IMG/VR virus record: IMGVR_UViG_3300032322_001517
Coordinates: 32,001 to 96,000 of that record
DNA from: a virus
Direction: 5' to 3' (one strand)
DNA length: 64,000 nucleotides
Below are positions 16,356-25,717 of this stretch, one piece after another. The stretch's first letter is position 1; every line of letters starts with the position of its first letter. A program made the translations under genes and the position numbers. The notes beneath the pieces are model-generated. The model worked only from the letters and a program-made list of their open reading frames with translations, had not been told where the DNA came from and did not search any database.

Positions 16356-16371
16356 GACACTTTAAGTCAAC

Positions 16372-17025
16372 TTAGAAAGTTGACGATTGTTCAACAGCAA
16401 TCCAATACTCAGCTTCCTTGCCAGAGAAGTGCGAAATACCTCGCGAACAAATACTAACTTCATAATCTCCAGGAATGATCTTAATATTTTCCAGCTTGAA
16501 GATAGCCTTAAATGTCTTTGTCGTTTCACCAACTTCAATAGAAAAAGTATTTCCATTAGTCAGCTTTGTATCATCAGCCTGAAGATACAACTTAGAACCA
16601 TCGCCAACTATTACCATTTCAGGAAGGCTGTTAATACCAGCAGCCTTTTCAATCTTCTTAAAATGATCCTGAGAAAGCGTAAAAGAAACATCAATGGATG
16701 GCAAATTGATTTCCTTTTCAGGCGGAGCCTTAATTGCGCTTTCATCAGCGAAAGGAATTACCTGCTTGAGATTACCCTCACGGATAACAAGCTGAGCATC
16801 GCCTAGCTTAACCTCAGGATCATTGAACATGCTCAAATTAGCAATGAATGAATCAAGGTTGTAGATAGCAAACCTCTTATCGAAAGAGGTTTGAACTTGA
16901 GCCTTGGCCATTACAGTCTTTGAAGTTGAAATGGTCTTCAAAGTGTTTCCTTCCTGAATAATAATGGAAGGATTAATCTTAGCAAAATTCTTAAGGATAT
17001 TCACAGTATTGGTATCAATCTTCAT
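16372..17025 (-). CDS. 45: sliding clamp gp45
   Basis: ILKNFAKINPSI, FAIYNL, ENIKIIPGDYEV, YWIAVE. Confidence 0.95.
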   Translation of the reverse strand: MKIDTNTVNILKNFAKINPSIIIQEGNTLKTISTSKTVMAKAQVQTSFDKRFAIYNLDSFIANLSMFNDPEVKLGDAQLVIREGNLKQVIPFADESAIKAPPEKEINLPSIDVSFTLSQDHFKKIEKAAGINSLPEMVIVGDGSKLYLQADDTKLTNGNTFSIEVGETTKTFKAIFKLENIKIIPGDYEVSICSRGISHFSGKEAEYWIAVEQSSTF

Positions 17026-17082
17026 ATCAAACTCCTTTAGTGGATACTTTCATAGTATAACTTACATACTATAATTTGGCAA

Positions 17083-17937
17083 TTACTTTTTGCCCTTCTT
17101 AAGAGCAGTGGGATCAGCTGTTGCTGCAGCCCCAATAGTCGCAAGATCAGCGAGCGAACCACCGAAGATGTAAGTACCAACATGCTGCATCTTCATCCAT
17201 GGGCAGAACCATGTCTTCAAACCAATTTCCTGCGCCTTCTGACAGAACCAATAATCCTCAGAAAGATAACGCTTAGAAGCAGGATCGACTTCAGCCTGGA
17301 AGTACATCATAATTTCGCGAGAACCATCGAAATGTTCAGTACGAACATGGTCTGGCTTATAGTTATACTGAGGATAGCTATCATTGAACTTCTTCATAGC
17401 TTCCTTGCTTACCATCATGAAACCTGTACCAATCTCAAGTACTTCGCATGGCTCGCTGATCTGAATGCTCTGTTGACCACCCTTGGGATTAAAGACATAA
17501 TCGCCAACAAACTTTTCAAGAACGTTAGGATCTTCGTCAGCAACGCCCTTATCTACAGCTTGCTTGATCTTTTCCCAACTGATACACTTCTTAGGATATG
17601 GACCACCAATGATGTCATACTTTTCAGTTTCTATTGTCTGCAAAGCCATCAATGCAATAACATCTTGAGGATTAAACCCAATGTCTGAGTCAATAAACAT
17701 AAGATGCTGTGCGTCTGAACGCATAAACTCATCACAACAATAGTTTCTTGCACGAGTAATCAAAGATTCGTTGAACAAGAAATACATCTGAAGTGGGATG
17801 CCATAATTGGCACAAAGAGCTGAAAGGTCTGCTACAGAACGAGCAAACATACCAGCGCATTGCCCGCCATACATAGGCGTAGCAATAAATAACTTTCTTT
17901 CGCGAAGCTGTTCAATCGGGATTTGAATTTCCATCAT
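17083..17937 (-). CDS. GT-A fold glycosyltransferase-like protein
   Basis: IATPMYGG, NESLITRARN, LMFIDSD, GTGFMM, YLSEDYWFC. Confidence 0.8.
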   Translation of the reverse strand: MMEIQIPIEQLRERKLFIATPMYGGQCAGMFARSVADLSALCANYGIPLQMYFLFNESLITRARNYCCDEFMRSDAQHLMFIDSDIGFNPQDVIALMALQTIETEKYDIIGGPYPKKCISWEKIKQAVDKGVADEDPNVLEKFVGDYVFNPKGGQQSIQISEPCEVLEIGTGFMMVSKEAMKKFNDSYPQYNYKPDHVRTEHFDGSREIMMYFQAEVDPASKRYLSEDYWFCQKAQEIGLKTWFCPWMKMQHVGTYIFGGSLADLATIGAAATADPTALKKGKK

Positions 17938-18257
17938 TTACCATCCTTATAATGATCTACGTATAAACACATCAATACATAATGTATTGTTTTCATAAGA
18001 TCGTCTTTATTAGAGCCGTTCTTTTTTCCGTAACGCCAAAGATATTTTAATGCAGTATTTCTAAAGGTAGGAGTAGAATCACCAAGAGCAATCCAAGCAT
18101 CAAAACATTCAATTGACTGTTGTTCAGTCTTATAATGCTGACTATAAGTCTTATCGATATAAGATTTGAAGTCGGCTATAATACGATCTTCAGCATATTT
18201 ATATTCTATTTCTTCCTTCTTGTATGTGTTTTGGTGTACTAAGGAAAAATCTTTCAT
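17934..18257 (-). CDS. DUF3310-like (T7 gp1.7-like nucleotide kinase family) protein
   Basis: TYSQHY...NTALKYLWRYGKKNG..DDLMK.IHY; start revised from 18296. Confidence 0.65.
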   Translation of the reverse strand: MKDFSLVHQNTYKKEEIEYKYAEDRIIADFKSYIDKTYSQHYKTEQQSIECFDAWIALGDSTPTFRNTALKYLWRYGKKNGSNKDDLMKTIHYVLMCLYVDHYKDGK

Positions 18258-18267
18258 TATGAACCTC

Positions 18268-19056
18268 TTAAAAAAATGAATCCAATGTCGCTCCAATTTG
18301 TTTACTATTATCCTTTAATCTAAGCTCAGCCATACCAGTTGTTTCGCGTATGTACATGGTGCAGTAATCTGGAAACATCTCAGCAATTTTACTGATAGAT
18401 TCATGAACATATTCTTTGGTTCTAATTGTTTGAAGACCACCATCTTCCTTGTAGTAATTTGACTTTACAGTATAGTCATCAAATCGAACAACAGCACCGT
18501 TACGAATATACTGACGAATAGAATATTCATAATCTTCACCATGATTAGTTACGCGAGCAAGGTCATCATGATGTTCGACAATAACACCAAACATCGAAGC
18601 AATGATATAGCAGAGCTTAGTATAAACTCTTTCCTTCATAAAGTATGCATTGGCAGCAGCGTAAATACCAAATGTTTTAGCGCCTACCTTTTCGCACTCT
18701 TCAAAGCCACGAAGAATAATTTCCTTCTCAAGGTCATCAACACGACCCAACTTCTGTTCGCTGATTTTCTTTTGAACCTCTTCAACGTCATCATCAAACA
18801 TCATAAGGTAAGTACCTTCTGGGTAATACCTTTCAATGAAGTTACGTTGAGCGCCAATAGTAGGAACACCAACTACAATGTTTTGGTAGGGAGTATCCTT
18901 AAGAGAAAACTTGTATGCTTCATATTCGTTTTCATCAGCAACAAATATGGTGATCTTTGAAGGTTCTATATTGTAGCTTTCTAGAACCTTCAAAGTTTTC
19001 TTTTTAATTGTTTCAGGTCGCTTATATGAAGGAATCGCGATCTCATAATTAATCAT
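18268..19056 (-). CDS. TET-associated glycosyltransferase (TAGT/GREB1-like)
   Basis: IAIPSYKR, QRNFI, MFDDD, EDYEYS, GGLQ; adjacent to TET/JBP gene. Confidence 0.8.
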   Translation of the reverse strand: MINYEIAIPSYKRPETIKKKTLKVLESYNIEPSKITIFVADENEYEAYKFSLKDTPYQNIVVGVPTIGAQRNFIERYYPEGTYLMMFDDDVEEVQKKISEQKLGRVDDLEKEIILRGFEECEKVGAKTFGIYAAANAYFMKERVYTKLCYIIASMFGVIVEHHDDLARVTNHGEDYEYSIRQYIRNGAVVRFDDYTVKSNYYKEDGGLQTIRTKEYVHESISKIAEMFPDYCTMYIRETTGMAELRLKDNSKQIGATLDSFF

Positions 19057-20363
19057 GCAAAAAAGCTCTCCAAATTAACTGTTTTATTTTTACCGTATGG
19101 ATCCTTCATATCATGCTTATGAAGGTAATCATACCATTCCTGATCTTCCCACATTCCTGGAGAAACACCATTCCACAGATTACGCTGAAGAGGATGATCC
19201 TTATTCAAGCGGCGCTCATCAACATACTGCTTGCGGAGATTTTCATATTCCCAAGACTGGAGTTCAAGCATCTTTTCGCGGAAGTATGCAACAATAGTCA
19301 TACGGTCGTTATCATCACCTAGAAGAGCATCATTACCATGAATACCACCATGGTTATTTACAAGCAACATGTCTCCAGGTTGGATATTGATTGCGATACG
19401 ATACTCAGGAAGAATAAACTCACCACCTCGCCAACCCTTACCGTCGGGTCCAGTTACACCACAGATGTTAGAGAAACCTTCGTGAAGGTCGCCAGCATCT
19501 CGGTGACAGGCAGTACGCCAGTTGTGATTAACTGTAAGGGTAGTAAAAACAGTATCCGAAATACGGAAACGATGATCAAGTTGTTGAGCAGCGTTGTTTT
19601 GCTTAGCCCAACGATTAGGAAGAAGTTCCTTGAACTGCTGATCCAACTTGCGCAGATAAGGATACGAAAGCGCAAACTTCTCAAGGTTCTTTTCAGTATA
19701 AGAAGTTGCACGTCCATAAGGAATGCGAGGATAACGATCAAAGTAACCAGCGATGCCAGACATAACGGACTGAGCGTAATTAGTTTCAGAAATGTAATTC
19801 TTAGCTACATACTCAGCTTCTTTACGCTGTTCTTCGCGTGTCATATTACCTAGACCATCAACCCACTTGTCGAACCAACCGTGGTATTCAGGATACTTCT
19901 TGGTAACTTCTGAACGAAGCCATACTTGACCGCGAGTTTCTTCTTTCTTTGAAGATGCCTGGTGACGAGCACGAATTGAGTCAATGCTATCATCTTCAAC
20001 AATAGCATTCTCAGGTCTTAGAAGAAAATCGAGTATGTCAATATGATATTCCGTAACCCAATCTCTACCGCCGCGACCATTAGCGCCAAGCATATCGCCA
20101 CGTGGTCCTGCAGCCAACCCGCGATTTTGTGACTCAACAGCAGCTTCTCGTAAACCAGCATACGCAGCATCTTGCTCTTCCTTTGTAAAAACATTTTTTC
20201 TATACTTAAAAATTATGTTTTCTTCAGAGATAGATCCATCAAGCGACTCAGCATACAAGTCACAATCTTCGTTGATTACACGATCAGCGTAATCCTTAAC
20301 TGTGATGAAAGCACCAAGAGTTTCTTCTGAATCAATTTTTTTTCTAACTATAATTTCTACCAT
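19053..20363 (-). CDS. TET/JBP-family 2OG-Fe(II) dioxygenase
   Basis: FTTLTVN.NWRTACHRDAGD, GDMLL.NNH..IHGN, R.TIVAYFRE. Confidence 0.88.
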   Translation of the reverse strand: MVEIIVRKKIDSEETLGAFITVKDYADRVINEDCDLYAESLDGSISEENIIFKYRKNVFTKEEQDAAYAGLREAAVESQNRGLAAGPRGDMLGANGRGGRDWVTEYHIDILDFLLRPENAIVEDDSIDSIRARHQASSKKEETRGQVWLRSEVTKKYPEYHGWFDKWVDGLGNMTREEQRKEAEYVAKNYISETNYAQSVMSGIAGYFDRYPRIPYGRATSYTEKNLEKFALSYPYLRKLDQQFKELLPNRWAKQNNAAQQLDHRFRISDTVFTTLTVNHNWRTACHRDAGDLHEGFSNICGVTGPDGKGWRGGEFILPEYRIAINIQPGDMLLVNNHGGIHGNDALLGDDNDRMTIVAYFREKMLELQSWEYENLRKQYVDERRLNKDHPLQRNLWNGVSPGMWEDQEWYDYLHKHDMKDPYGKNKTVNLESFFA

Positions 20364-20409
20364 ATTACGCTCCTGTTGTTAGTGAATTACCATAGTATAT
20401 ATGCAACAA

Positions 20410-20820
20410 TTATAGCGTAATTATGTCATTAATCAAATTTTCTCTTTCATTTTGCAAAATTTTTGCAACATTCGGTGGTTGCCACCCAGCTGGCTTGAGG
20501 ATTTTGCCATCTTCACGACGGAGAGGTTTACCATCCACCAACTTTGCCATGTTAGAATTATGAACTTCTTCGAAAACCTTATCAAGGGGAATACCATAAG
20601 ACACAGCTGTACCACAAGCAATGTAAATAATATCTGCTAGCGCATCAGCGATCTCAACGAGATCGTTGTTATGCTCTGCATCCTTGTATTCTGTAAATTC
20701 TTCAGTTAGAAGCTTGACTCTCAATGCTCTCTCAGCCTCGCCAGGAAGCTCAGGAAGCCTTCCTACACGCTGACCGAAAGAACGATGAAAGTCCATTACA
20801 TCTCTATACCAATTACTCAT
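20410..20820 (-). CDS. all-alpha NTP pyrophosphohydrolase (MazG/PRA-PH-like)
   Basis: EEFTEY, EIADALADIIY, EVHNSNMAK, REDGKILKP. Confidence 0.88.
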   Translation of the reverse strand: MSNWYRDVMDFHRSFGQRVGRLPELPGEAERALRVKLLTEEFTEYKDAEHNNDLVEIADALADIIYIACGTAVSYGIPLDKVFEEVHNSNMAKLVDGKPLRREDGKILKPAGWQPPNVAKILQNERENLINDIITL

Positions 20821-21352
20821 TAATCCACTCCGGAGGTTGACGGTTAGTCCACTTATGCATGGAAACTTTACCTAGTCTATAATAATTACGATAGTTTGTC
20901 AATGGGTCATTAGAAACTTTGTACTCGTCTGCCATAGCGGAAGGCATTGGTGTTGCCTCGTATCGCTTGAGATTATTTGGCGGAGATTGAAGCATATAAG
21001 AAAGCTCGCCGTAACACTTATGTTCTTTGTTGTAACGATAAGTGTATTCTGCCATCAGTGCATAAAAGTGATCAGTAAGCCAATTGTAATTCTCAACTGA
21101 CTCACGGCACCAAACAGCTGAAGGATGATTGATGTGCGTTGCTTGATACACAACAGGGTCGCGTGCATCATCAAGAATCCAACGGCGAGCTTTACGCCCA
21201 GTCTTAGACTTACCTTCTACTTCACGACCATCGAGCAAGCGATGAGCAGTAGAAAGAAGTTGTGCTGACTCGAGGATCATTTTGACAACATGCTTGTCAA
21301 CCATCCACTGAGCAGCTTGCGCTGGGTCTTTATCGATGTAGAAGATATTCAT
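20813..21352 (-). CDS. pyrimidine-dimer DNA glycosylase-like protein
   Basis: MNIFY.D.DP...A....DKHVVKMILESAQLLSTAH, THINHPS. Confidence 0.7.
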   Translation of the reverse strand: MNIFYIDKDPAQAAQWMVDKHVVKMILESAQLLSTAHRLLDGREVEGKSKTGRKARRWILDDARDPVVYQATHINHPSAVWCRESVENYNWLTDHFYALMAEYTYRYNKEHKCYGELSYMLQSPPNNLKRYEATPMPSAMADEYKVSNDPLTNYRNYYRLGKVSMHKWTNRQPPEWINE

Positions 21353-21869
21353 ATGAGCCCAAATTAGATTTGATGTTGATCGAAGATTTAATACCTCGAC
21401 GCCATTTGTCTAGTGCTTTATCACGATGAACGCGATTAGCTTTGTTGAAAAATATAACGCCGTCTAGATGATCTAGCTCATGCTGGAAAATACGAGCTGA
21501 CATACCAGTAAACTGCTTAGTCAAGGTATCTCCATTAGGAGTTTGGAATCTTACTCTTACATGTTGAGAACGTTTAATTTTAACGTATAAACCTGGATAA
21601 GTCAAGCACCCTTCTTCAAGGACTACCTCAGCCTCTGAGGGCTGAACAATTTTCGGATTGAAACAAACAAAGTTCTCAGGAGCAGCACGCATAGCAAAAA
21701 TACGATATGGCACTCCCACTTGATTGGCAGCAAGACCGATACCGTTGTTATCATACATACACTTAACCAACTCCTTAGAAAAGTCAATGGGATCAAAAGG
21801 AGGATGTGAAAAATCAAAATGCTTGCAAGGATTAGTAAGTATAGGATCGTCATTCTTCACTAAATTCAT
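21330..21869 (-). CDS. def: peptide deformylase
   Basis: GIGLAANQVG, EGCLT, QHELDHLDG. Confidence 0.95.
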   Translation of the reverse strand: MNLVKNDDPILTNPCKHFDFSHPPFDPIDFSKELVKCMYDNNGIGLAANQVGVPYRIFAMRAAPENFVCFNPKIVQPSEAEVVLEEGCLTYPGLYVKIKRSQHVRVRFQTPNGDTLTKQFTGMSARIFQHELDHLDGVIFFNKANRVHRDKALDKWRRGIKSSINIKSNLGSYEYLLHR

Positions 21870-22035
21870 TTTTCTTATCCGTTAATGTGTAGGTTCCATT
21901 TTTGTTATCAATCCAAAAAAGATCTGTTCCTTCTGCCCACCCCATTTGAGAAAGCAGATCAACAGGAATAGGAAGAATCAATTCTCCAGTTTCAATATCT
22001 TCTTGAACTTCTACCGTATATGTATTTGCTACCAA
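21850..22035 (-). CDS. AbrB/MazE-like small DNA-binding protein
   Basis: GELILPIPVDLLSQMGWAEGTDLFW. Confidence 0.7.
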   Translation of the reverse strand: MVANTYTVEVQEDIETGELILPIPVDLLSQMGWAEGTDLFWIDNKNGTYTLTDKKNEFSEE

Positions 22036-22178
22036 TGTCTTATAACTCCAGCTATGATAAACAAGTTAGTTATAATATAACAAAATACTATTAGAGTTCT
22101 AATCAAAGCAATTTTATCTGCTTCTTTATCGTTTACACCTGCTTTTTCACCAAGAGCTTTAGACCAAAGACGCCACAT
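22029..22178 (-). CDS. small membrane protein (49 aa)
   Basis: hand translation MWRLWSKALGEKAG...IIAGVIRHW; TAATG-coupled to gp46. Confidence 0.65.
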   Translation of the reverse strand: MWRLWSKALGEKAGVNDKEADKIALIRTLIVFCYIITNLFIIAGVIRHW

Positions 22179-23884
22179 TACAATATCCTAGAAAAGTTTT
22201 TATGTTTTCCAAACTTGATGACCTTCTCGAACTTGTCATAAAGCTGATCTGTTTTATGAGATATAATAAACGTATTTGTATCAGAAGTCAACTCATTTAT
22301 TATCTTGAGGAATTCCTCTGTGCCATTAGAATCCAGAGATGAATCAAAGACCTCGTCCATAATAAGAATGTTAGTATTGATAGAGTTACGTAGCTTGGCG
22401 AGAGAACGCCAAGTGAAAAGAATGGCAAGATTAATACGCATCTTTTCGCCTTCTGAGAAAGAAGCATACGAAAATTCATCTCTATACCTCGACTTAATTG
22501 TTTCGTTGAACTCTTCATCAAGTTCGAACTGACACATAAACTCCATAGAAGAAAGATACTTGTTGATTAGCTTGTTGATGATAGGAATATACTGCTTGAT
22601 GATACGAGCTTTAATACCACCATCTTTCAGCAATGAAGAAGTAACATTCAATAAGTTTTTATCTTCAGAAAGTTCATTGAACTCTGCTTCTATTTGCCTC
22701 AACTCTTTTTCTAATTCAGGTATCTTGTTATCTTCTTTAACAGAGTCTGACTTACCAAGAGTTTTTAACTCTTCCTCTAGTCTATCTCTATATTCTATAA
22801 CGGAAGATATTCTAGTTCTTACACTGTTTATCTCCATACGAATATCATTTATTTTGGATTGAGTTTCCAAAATTTGTTTTAGTTCACTGTTCTTTTCTTC
22901 GTATTGCTTAGTAAGCAGTTCTAAACCAGAGTTGTATTCTTCAATTTGTTTATTTTTTGTGTCAATAGTTTCGCACTTGAACTCTTCATTTATTTCTTGC
23001 TTACAGGTTGGACAGTTGTCATGTTTTTCAAAAAACGTAACTTCTTTTTTAACCAATACCAAGTTAGCTTCTATTTGATGCCTTAACTTAGAAAGTTTTT
23101 GTAGCATTTTAGAAACACATTCAGAATCAGGAATGTTTTCTATTAAATCTTTTCTTTCGTTTTCTAACTTCCAATAATCCTTATTAAGTTGATCAATTTT
23201 TTTATTCGTGTCTTGAATCAACTCTTTCTTTTCATTAATCAGCTGATCTGTATTGTTCTGAAGTTGCTTAAGATGATCTTTGATAAAATCAATTTTTTCT
23301 TGAGTTACTTTTTTCTTCGTTTGAATTTCAAAAAGTTTTTCAGTATTATTAAGCAATTTATTTTTAAGAATAGAGTTCATCGTAGTAAAGATTTGAAGGT
23401 CAAGAAGATCTTCAATAATTTCTCTACGCTGACCAGCAGACAACTGCATAAAAGGTTGGAACGTAGCAGATCCAAGAACTACTACCTGACAAAAAGACTT
23501 ATGGTTAATCTTAAGAATTTGCTTCTCAAGAATTTCTTGATAGTCTTTCATCTCCGCTGACTGATTCATCAGCTTATCATCTTTGTAAACTTCAAAAACG
23601 TTGGGCTTCATACCACGAACAATTTTAAAGTTGTTCTTGGCGATAGAAAACTCAACTTCAACTACAAGTTGTTTCTGAGTTATAGTATTAATAAGCTGTG
23701 GCTTGTTGATTTTACGAAACGCCTTGCCAAACAAAACAAATGACAATGCGTCAAGAATGGTAGATTTACCTGCACCATTCTCACCAACAATCAAAGTTGT
23801 ATTGTACTTGTTAAGTTCGATTTCAGTAAAAACATTACCAGTGGATAGTAAGTTTTTCCATCGCAGTTTCTTAAATAAAATCAT
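22178..23884 (-). CDS. 46: recombination endonuclease subunit gp46 (Rad50/SbcC-like)
   Basis: GENGAGKST, CPTC hook, FSEGEK, MDEVFD. Confidence 0.97.
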   Translation of the reverse strand: MILFKKLRWKNLLSTGNVFTEIELNKYNTTLIVGENGAGKSTILDALSFVLFGKAFRKINKPQLINTITQKQLVVEVEFSIAKNNFKIVRGMKPNVFEVYKDDKLMNQSAEMKDYQEILEKQILKINHKSFCQVVVLGSATFQPFMQLSAGQRREIIEDLLDLQIFTTMNSILKNKLLNNTEKLFEIQTKKKVTQEKIDFIKDHLKQLQNNTDQLINEKKELIQDTNKKIDQLNKDYWKLENERKDLIENIPDSECVSKMLQKLSKLRHQIEANLVLVKKEVTFFEKHDNCPTCKQEINEEFKCETIDTKNKQIEEYNSGLELLTKQYEEKNSELKQILETQSKINDIRMEINSVRTRISSVIEYRDRLEEELKTLGKSDSVKEDNKIPELEKELRQIEAEFNELSEDKNLLNVTSSLLKDGGIKARIIKQYIPIINKLINKYLSSMEFMCQFELDEEFNETIKSRYRDEFSYASFSEGEKMRINLAILFTWRSLAKLRNSINTNILIMDEVFDSSLDSNGTEEFLKIINELTSDTNTFIISHKTDQLYDKFEKVIKFGKHKNFSRIL

Positions 23885-24945
23885 TCAACAGCCAATGCCT
23901 CATTATACAGATCTACAATTTTTCTAGAAAGTTTATCTTTGTTGACGTTTTTCAAATCGTAATTGTCAATATACTTTTTGAAAATATCAAGAGTCGATTC
24001 AGCTTCATTAATAATATCCATATCGTCTTCTAGATCTAGATTAAGATGATCTTCAACGATCTGAATATCGATAGGGGTTTCGCTTTCAATATTTTCGATA
24101 AACTTATCGAACCAGTATGGATTAGTTTTATTTGTTACAATAACCTTCAGCAATGTATTTTTAAAACTAGAGTAATCTACATCAGCATTTAGGAAATTTT
24201 CGTCAACGTCATTATACCATACCTTCTTAAACATCTTATATGGATTTTCAATGAAAGTCAACTCACGCGTTTCTGTATCCAAGATATGAAACCCTCTAGG
24301 ATCATCATAATCAGACCAGGTAAACTCGCCATGAGAACCAAGATAGAAAATAGTACCATCAGTGGAACGGTGATGATAATGACCGCTAAGAACCATGTCA
24401 AAGCGCCCAAATAAAGAACGGTCACTGCCATGAGATACGATACTTCCGCGATACATTTCGAAACCTTGTATCTCAAGGTGTCCTGCGCACACTGACGTAT
24501 TAGCATTCTCAATCGCTGAAAGGATTTGTTTGTTGTTGTCATCACATATCCATGGAATAAAAAGAATAGGAAGGTTATCGAACGTTACTGTTTCAGCATA
24601 ACGATCGTAGATATGAAACGGATACTTACCATAAACAAGTTCACGAAGTGCATTAATCTCATTCGTGTTTTTAAAGTAAGTATCATGATTACCAGCAATC
24701 AGATGAACCTCAAGGTTTCTACCTAAAAGTGGATCAAGGAAATCATTTTTTAAACGGTTCCCAGTATTGTAGTTAATATATTTACGCCTATCAACGAGAT
24801 CCCCAAGGTGAACAACATTACGAATTCCATGTTTTTCCAAATAAGGAAAAAAAGTATTATCAAGGAACAACTTGCTGTTGTCAAGAAACGCCAAGTTATC
24901 ATTACGAACTCCCCAATGAGTATCTGTTATCAGTGCAATTTTCAA
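23881..24945 (-). CDS. 47: recombination endonuclease subunit gp47 (Mre11/SbcD-like)
   Basis: DTHWG, GDLVD, GNHD, GHYH. Confidence 0.97.
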   Translation of the reverse strand: MKIALITDTHWGVRNDNLAFLDNSKLFLDNTFFPYLEKHGIRNVVHLGDLVDRRKYINYNTGNRLKNDFLDPLLGRNLEVHLIAGNHDTYFKNTNEINALRELVYGKYPFHIYDRYAETVTFDNLPILFIPWICDDNNKQILSAIENANTSVCAGHLEIQGFEMYRGSIVSHGSDRSLFGRFDMVLSGHYHHRSTDGTIFYLGSHGEFTWSDYDDPRGFHILDTETRELTFIENPYKMFKKVWYNDVDENFLNADVDYSSFKNTLLKVIVTNKTNPYWFDKFIENIESETPIDIQIVEDHLNLDLEDDMDIINEAESTLDIFKKYIDNYDLKNVNKDKLSRKIVDLYNEALAVE

Positions 24946-25136
24946 CGCATAACTCTCGTGTTAGGTCTAGTAACTGGCTTGCTGGTGTTATGTTTGTTGA
25001 TTACAACAGAACAATAATCTCTAATAGCTTCTAGTCTCAAAATATAGTTCATTTTTTCATTCTCACGAACTGTTGGCGAGTTAGATTTTTCACCTATATC
25101 TAAAACTATAGGTGGAATCAAATGTTCATTTTTCAT
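24942..25136 (-). CDS. hypothetical protein
   Basis: 64-aa ORF between 55 and 47. Confidence 0.6.
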   Translation of the reverse strand: MKNEHLIPPIVLDIGEKSNSPTVRENEKMNYILRLEAIRDYCSVVINKHNTSKPVTRPNTRVMR

Positions 25137-25659
25137 TATTATCTCCTAAAAATTTTTCTATTCCAGATATTTTATCCTCTTTTTTTGGTTTAGTCAACTT
25201 ATTTTCATAAGATCGAACTACCTCAGCAGAGTACTCATTAACTCCTATCTGAATATCATTATCGCCATTGAACAACTCGTTCATCAAATACAAGTTCTCA
25301 AAGTTTTTGTGTTTAATATAAGTCTGCTTCTTTTCCTTGTGGATCCTTCGGATGAAGGCATTCCATGCGATCTGAGTAAAATAAGCAAAAGGGTTGTTGG
25401 TTTTATCTGGATTAAAGTTATCTACTGCAGCTATACAATCAATCATAGCATCAGAGATCATGTCTTCTTTGTATGTGTATCCAGAAAAGTTAGGCTTCTT
25501 GGCTAGATTGTTACAAATTAAAACAATAGATTCACCTATGTACCTAGGAACTTGTGGCTTCTTTTTATTTTTTTGTTCAGCTTCCCTAAGAGAGTTCTTA
25601 TAATGAATCATAGCACCATAAAGAGTTTTGTTATTAATGTAATTATTAGTTCTTGCCAT
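25126..25659 (-). CDS. 55: late transcription sigma factor gp55
   Basis: YINNK, PNFSGYTYKEDMISDA, NPFAYFTQIAWNAFIRRI.KEKKQ. Confidence 0.95.
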   Translation of the reverse strand: MARTNNYINNKTLYGAMIHYKNSLREAEQKNKKKPQVPRYIGESIVLICNNLAKKPNFSGYTYKEDMISDAMIDCIAAVDNFNPDKTNNPFAYFTQIAWNAFIRRIHKEKKQTYIKHKNFENLYLMNELFNGDNDIQIGVNEYSAEVVRSYENKLTKPKKEDKISGIEKFLGDNNEK

Positions 25660-25717
25660 TTTACTTTACCTTTTCAATTTTCATAGTATAATCACTTTGT
25701 GCCAATGATAATATATC

